Shown one piece after another: positions 60,320-64,000 of a stretch of 64,000 nucleotides of DNA (position 1 is the first letter of the stretch; each line of letters begins with the position of its first letter). The position numbers were made by a program, and so were the translations under genes. This stretch comes from Promethearchaeota archaeon (GTDB lineage Archaea; Asgardarchaeota; Heimdallarchaeia; Hodarchaeales; Hodarchaeaceae): positions 96,001 to 160,000 of the forward strand of contig JBHLMN010000006.1 in the NCBI GenBank assembly GCA_048938105.1, written 5' to 3'. The notes beneath the pieces were generated by a model. That model worked only from the letters and a program-made list of their open reading frames with translations, was not told where the DNA came from and did not search any database.

Positions 60320-61411
60320 TCAAGTGTATGTTGGTACAAACTGAAAACATTCTGAGATTAAGGTGGTAGCTTCTTTATAATCTTCTTCCTTAATAATCGC
60401 TTCGGGAAGAACAGCTTCAAACCTATCAACAAACTTCTCCGAAAAACTCTCAAGAGTATTTATAAGTAATTTTGACGTTTTGACAGTAACTAATACAAAA
60501 GAGAATTCACTCTTATGGTTAATGACTAGTATTGATTTATCGAGGTGGATCTCCCGAACATTTGGGTAGTGTAAAGACTCTTTTAAAATGGTGCTAATTC
60601 CTTCAGTTTCTTCTGAGAAAAACGCTTCACCTGTGGGAGTATCTTGAGTACTTATCCAACGATGAGAAAAAAGAAGTATACCCTCATTGTTGAAAACAGC
60701 TAATCTAGACGTCTTATAAGGTAAAAGAAAAAATATTTGAGGTTGAAATGTAAATGGAATCGCCATCAATATTATTCCAATCAAGAACAATATTTCATTA
60801 ATACCCAATCCAGGGGGGATAAATGTAGTAATGATGTTAATAGAAGGAATGATCCCCATGAAGATGGTTCCTACCAACACCATAATTGAGTATCGTTCTA
60901 AATTTTGGGGACTGTTGATAGAGAGTTTAACAGCATAATAAGTCCATAATAAGGATCTAAAGGAATATAACATAGCTGCAGCGTAATAAGTATGTACGAT
61001 AACATCTTTCGCTGCTTGACCTGGTACTAAAGCATAAATTAAGACTGTAGCTACAATTAAGCCTAAAATTGTAGTTTTTATTGGATCAACAGATGTTCGA
61101 TTAATATAATCGACAAATAACAGTAGGAACAAAGTACTAGGTAGCAAAACAAAGTAACCAATATATCCAAGGAAAGTTGCCAAAGTCATTTGAAAAAATG
61201 GGAATGGCACATCGATTTCTGATAAGAGTAAGATAGTGGATATAGTTGTAAGTCCCATCCAAAAAAACAATCCTCCCCAATCTAGCGCCAAATAGAGAAA
61301 ATGAGGATGTTTTTGCTTCAGATATCTGTATAATGAAACTATCGGAACAATGGCTAAAAATGGTACTGTTAATAAAGCAACAATATTTTCAAAAGCTAAA
61401 ACTAATGCCAT
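60320..61411 (-). CDS. 7TM membrane protein with C-terminal longin-like domain
   Basis: Seven hydrophobic segments, then RLAVFNNEGILLFSH...GISTILKE...VREIHL...FVLVT...LESFSEKFVDRF (beta-beta-alpha-beta-beta-beta-alpha-alpha pattern). Confidence 0.75.
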   Translation of the reverse strand: MALVLAFENIVALLTVPFLAIVPIVSLYRYLKQKHPHFLYLALDWGGLFFWMGLTTISTILLLSEIDVPFPFFQMTLATFLGYIGYFVLLPSTLFLLLFVDYINRTSVDPIKTTILGLIVATVLIYALVPGQAAKDVIVHTYYAAAMLYSFRSLLWTYYAVKLSINSPQNLERYSIMVLVGTIFMGIIPSINIITTFIPPGLGINEILFLIGIILMAIPFTFQPQIFFLLPYKTSRLAVFNNEGILLFSHRWISTQDTPTGEAFFSEETEGISTILKESLHYPNVREIHLDKSILVINHKSEFSFVLVTVKTSKLLINTLESFSEKFVDRFEAVLPEAIIKEEDYKEATTLISECFQFVPTYT

Positions 61412-61620
61412 CTTATAAAACGGGCTTAGATCAATTTGGCTCTGTTGAACTTGGTAATAATTTAAGAATCTTTGTGATATCCATAATTTGAATGAAACAA
61501 AGAAGGAAAGCCAATTCTTGTAGATTTATTCCCCTCCCGATTTTCATTATTTAAATACCATTTTTTTTCCAGATATGATTGGAATTGTTTTTTTAACCAA
61601 GTCTCGTTATTCTCTTTTCT

Positions 61621-63345
61621 TTACGATAAAATAAAACTTAATATCTGTTTCTCAACTTGATTAAGCAAATCAGGTGTGATTTCTGAAACTTTTGAGTATT
61701 TTCTTAATATTAAATTTAATGTGTCACAAATGTCTTTTTTATACAACATTATTATAGAGTCGAATTGTTTGGAATAAAACAACAACAAAGCTGCAGGAAC
61801 TTCCCCCATATGTTTTATAACTCTTAAATCTTCAATTGAGTCATCTATAACTTTAATCCAATATGATACAAAATTCCAACCTTCTTGTAGAACTGTAATA
61901 GTCTTTTCTTCTTCTTTTAAACTTGTAAGAGGAAATGGTCCATACATTTCACCTTCTTTTCCATATTGGTATAGCACAGCACTATACTCTAACATAGATT
62001 GAAGTTGATGGTTACTAAAAGGACAGTTCTCATTTTTTCCCTGAATAATCAATCCTTTATCTGTGAATGATCCAAAACATAATCCTAGTCTTATTTTTTG
62101 CTTGTCAACTTGCTTCAATAATAGTTTCCTTGGAGAACTTACTCGTTTTCGCCATAGAAGGACTCCAAAAAGTAAACTTACTACAATTATAATTACGAAC
62201 AGTGCGAAAATGAACCGAAATAAAGGTGTAAAGATATTTTGTACTGAAAAAGGCCCAAAAAAGGCAGTACTTGTTATATCATTCTCCAAACATGATGCTT
62301 GAACCCTTATACAATAGCTAGAACCATCCTCGACCATCATTGTGTCAAAAATGTAACTATTCGTCCGAAGATCTGATATTAGATGTTTCCAAATTCTTTG
62401 ATCCTTAGAAAAATGCAGAGAGTATATAATATCATATTTAAATGAATCAATTGCTTCTATCCATTGAATGAGAACTTTTCCTTTCAATTTTTCCTTATTG
62501 ATTGGATTTATGATTATCGGGTCTGTTAATAGGTGTTTTTGAGGAGGATTCGGATTACTTAAGGGGTAAGTATCGTTGTTATTAGCAGATCCAGTAATTG
62601 AGTACGATTCATCAATGATACCATCAGCATCAACATCAAATTCGATCCAATCACTCCAGAAATTAAAAGCAAATTTATTACAAAATCCATTGTCATTAGC
62701 CTGACAGTTATAATTATTGTTCTCAGAGAAATCATTCAGTTTTATGATATTTAGCTCTGAGTCTTCCCCTATTTCAATACCGTAATGACTATTATTGGAA
62801 ATCAGGTTTTCTGATATTATATTCTTTTTAGAAAAGTAATCCAATTGGATTCCAACTTCGTTATTGAAGAAGGTATTATTGGTGATATATCCGTTTGAAA
62901 CATTGTTAAATAAAATACCAATTCCTTTCCCTTTTCCATTAAAAAAGCATTTTTTTATTTGAAAACACATGTCTGAATTGTTTATTTTGATTGAATCCCC
63001 AATATTAGTGAAATTATACCCCTTAATAATATAAGGATTTGTTATTGTTCCATTCCCCCTCCAATTCTCTGTAGTGGCCAACTTATCAAAATCATTATTA
63101 CTATCAATACTTATGGGTTCATGTTCCACAGTTTCTAAAGTATCATAGAGATACCTTGAAAAAAGGGTATTATCTTTGGATCTTAGTCCAACTAACTGAT
63201 CATAATAGTAAGATGTAGAATGATGTTTCGTTTGAATATCGTTCATATCGATACTAGAAATTAGACTCAATGTAGAAATTATTAGTATAACAAAGCTAAT
63301 ATTCCACAAAAAGATTCTTTTTTTCATTATTTTCCCATATATCAA
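61621..63345 (-). CDS. Single-pass receptor-like protein: short NosD beta-helix, Ig-like domain, TM and conserved longin/uDENN-like cytoplasmic domain
   Basis: Paralog of 24541..26895: HEPISIDSN...GNGTITNPYII, TM+RKR, CFGSFTDKGL...EYSAVLYQYG...YGPFP. Confidence 0.8.
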   Translation of the reverse strand: MIYGKIMKKRIFLWNISFVILIISTLSLISSIDMNDIQTKHHSTSYYYDQLVGLRSKDNTLFSRYLYDTLETVEHEPISIDSNNDFDKLATTENWRGNGTITNPYIIKGYNFTNIGDSIKINNSDMCFQIKKCFFNGKGKGIGILFNNVSNGYITNNTFFNNEVGIQLDYFSKKNIISENLISNNSHYGIEIGEDSELNIIKLNDFSENNNYNCQANDNGFCNKFAFNFWSDWIEFDVDADGIIDESYSITGSANNNDTYPLSNPNPPQKHLLTDPIIINPINKEKLKGKVLIQWIEAIDSFKYDIIYSLHFSKDQRIWKHLISDLRTNSYIFDTMMVEDGSSYCIRVQASCLENDITSTAFFGPFSVQNIFTPLFRFIFALFVIIIVVSLLFGVLLWRKRVSSPRKLLLKQVDKQKIRLGLCFGSFTDKGLIIQGKNENCPFSNHQLQSMLEYSAVLYQYGKEGEMYGPFPLTSLKEEEKTITVLQEGWNFVSYWIKVIDDSIEDLRVIKHMGEVPAALLLFYSKQFDSIIMLYKKDICDTLNLILRKYSKVSEITPDLLNQVEKQILSFILS

Positions 63346-63537
63346 ATGATTAGAATTTAATATTGTTAAATTTTTTCTAGTAGTCCAATGATTGATATTT
63401 CACTACTTTGTATTAAATTGTATTGTAAATACTATTTTCAGAACAATCTGAGTTTATAGAACCCTATTACACCTAAAATTATATTCTATCAGATTTATAA
63501 CTGATCCTGATTATTAATGTCATGAGAAAATTGGTTT

Positions 63538-64000
63538 TTAGAAAAATGAGAGAACTCGGATATCATTTTCAATATGGTCAAGTTTTTCAGGATTAAAAAC
63601 AGAAATATCTGAAATAGTACCCATCATCGATTTAAATAAGTTGATAAGATGTTTTTTTCGCATTATTATCAATGACTCGTATTTTTTCGGATAGTATAAC
63701 AATAGAACCGCAAGAACACCCCCACTTGGAATTTTCATTCTCGTATCCTTTACTGTAGGATCTATTACCTGGAATCCAAAAGAAATAAAATGCATTTCTT
63801 CTTCTGGTAAGCCTTGTTTCTTTTCCCCCATCCTTATACTAGTTAAAGGAAAAGGCCCGTATATAGTTTCAATTTCTCCATGTTGATAGAGAACTGCACA
63901 ATATTCCAGCATTGATTGAATAACTGATTCATTAAATGGACAAGATTTAGTTTTTCCTCGGATACTCAATCCATCGTCAGTGATCGAACCCAAGCAAAGC
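63538..64000 (-). CDS. C-terminal cytoplasmic domain of a third receptor-family protein (5' part beyond the window edge)
   Basis: Frame is open to the edge: LCLGSITDDGLSIRGK...EYCAVLYQHG...YGPFP. Confidence 0.8.
   Translation of the reverse strand, partial: LCLGSITDDGLSIRGKTKSCPFNESVIQSMLEYCAVLYQHGEIETIYGPFPLTSIRMGEKKQGLPEEEMHFISFGFQVIDPTVKDTRMKIPSGGVLAVLLLYYPKKYESLIIMRKKHLINLFKSMMGTISDISVFNPEKLDHIENDIRVLSFF

Noticed and set aside
706-62302. Many short ORFs antisense to or nested in long genes (e.g. 7951..8373, 8554..8946, 17998..18468, 22797..23138, 49559..49897, 51355..51675, 62063..62302)
   Set aside because: Shadow frames of well-supported genes; no motifs or ribosome-binding sites.

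Overview
AT-rich archaeal chromosomal segment, most consistent with an Asgard archaeon of the Heimdallarchaeia/Hodarchaeales type. This is an inference from three small GTPases, a 7TM-longin protein, an archaeal COG1107 RecJ-like nuclease, NosD-type beta-helix surface proteins, GGTGA/GAGGT Shine-Dalgarno motifs and frequent TTG/GTG starts. I found no rRNA, tRNA, CRISPR array or transposase. The best candidate for an undescribed system is a cassette present twice (about 20.6-26.9 kb and 55.4-64 kb). In each copy a secreted C-terminally anchored protein is divergent from an operon encoding a TrmB-like tandem wHTH regulator overlapping an Arf-like small GTPase by 11 nt. That operon converges on single-pass receptors with beta-helix ectodomains and a conserved uDENN/longin-like cytoplasmic domain (3 copies of the domain); copy 2 also has a 7TM-longin protein. 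This looks like a receptor -> GEF/GAP -> small GTPase -> transcription factor pathway. Other notable items: three orphan DNA methyltransferases co-oriented with a PiT/DUF47 phosphate-transport pair; a three-gene operon ending in an atypical GTPase with a large insertion; an operon of giant repeat-rich membrane proteins; a circularly permuted family-5 solute-binding protein; a trmO pseudogene with three in-frame stops; and a beta-helix gene split by one in-frame TGA. All family calls come from motif recognition by eye, not database searches.
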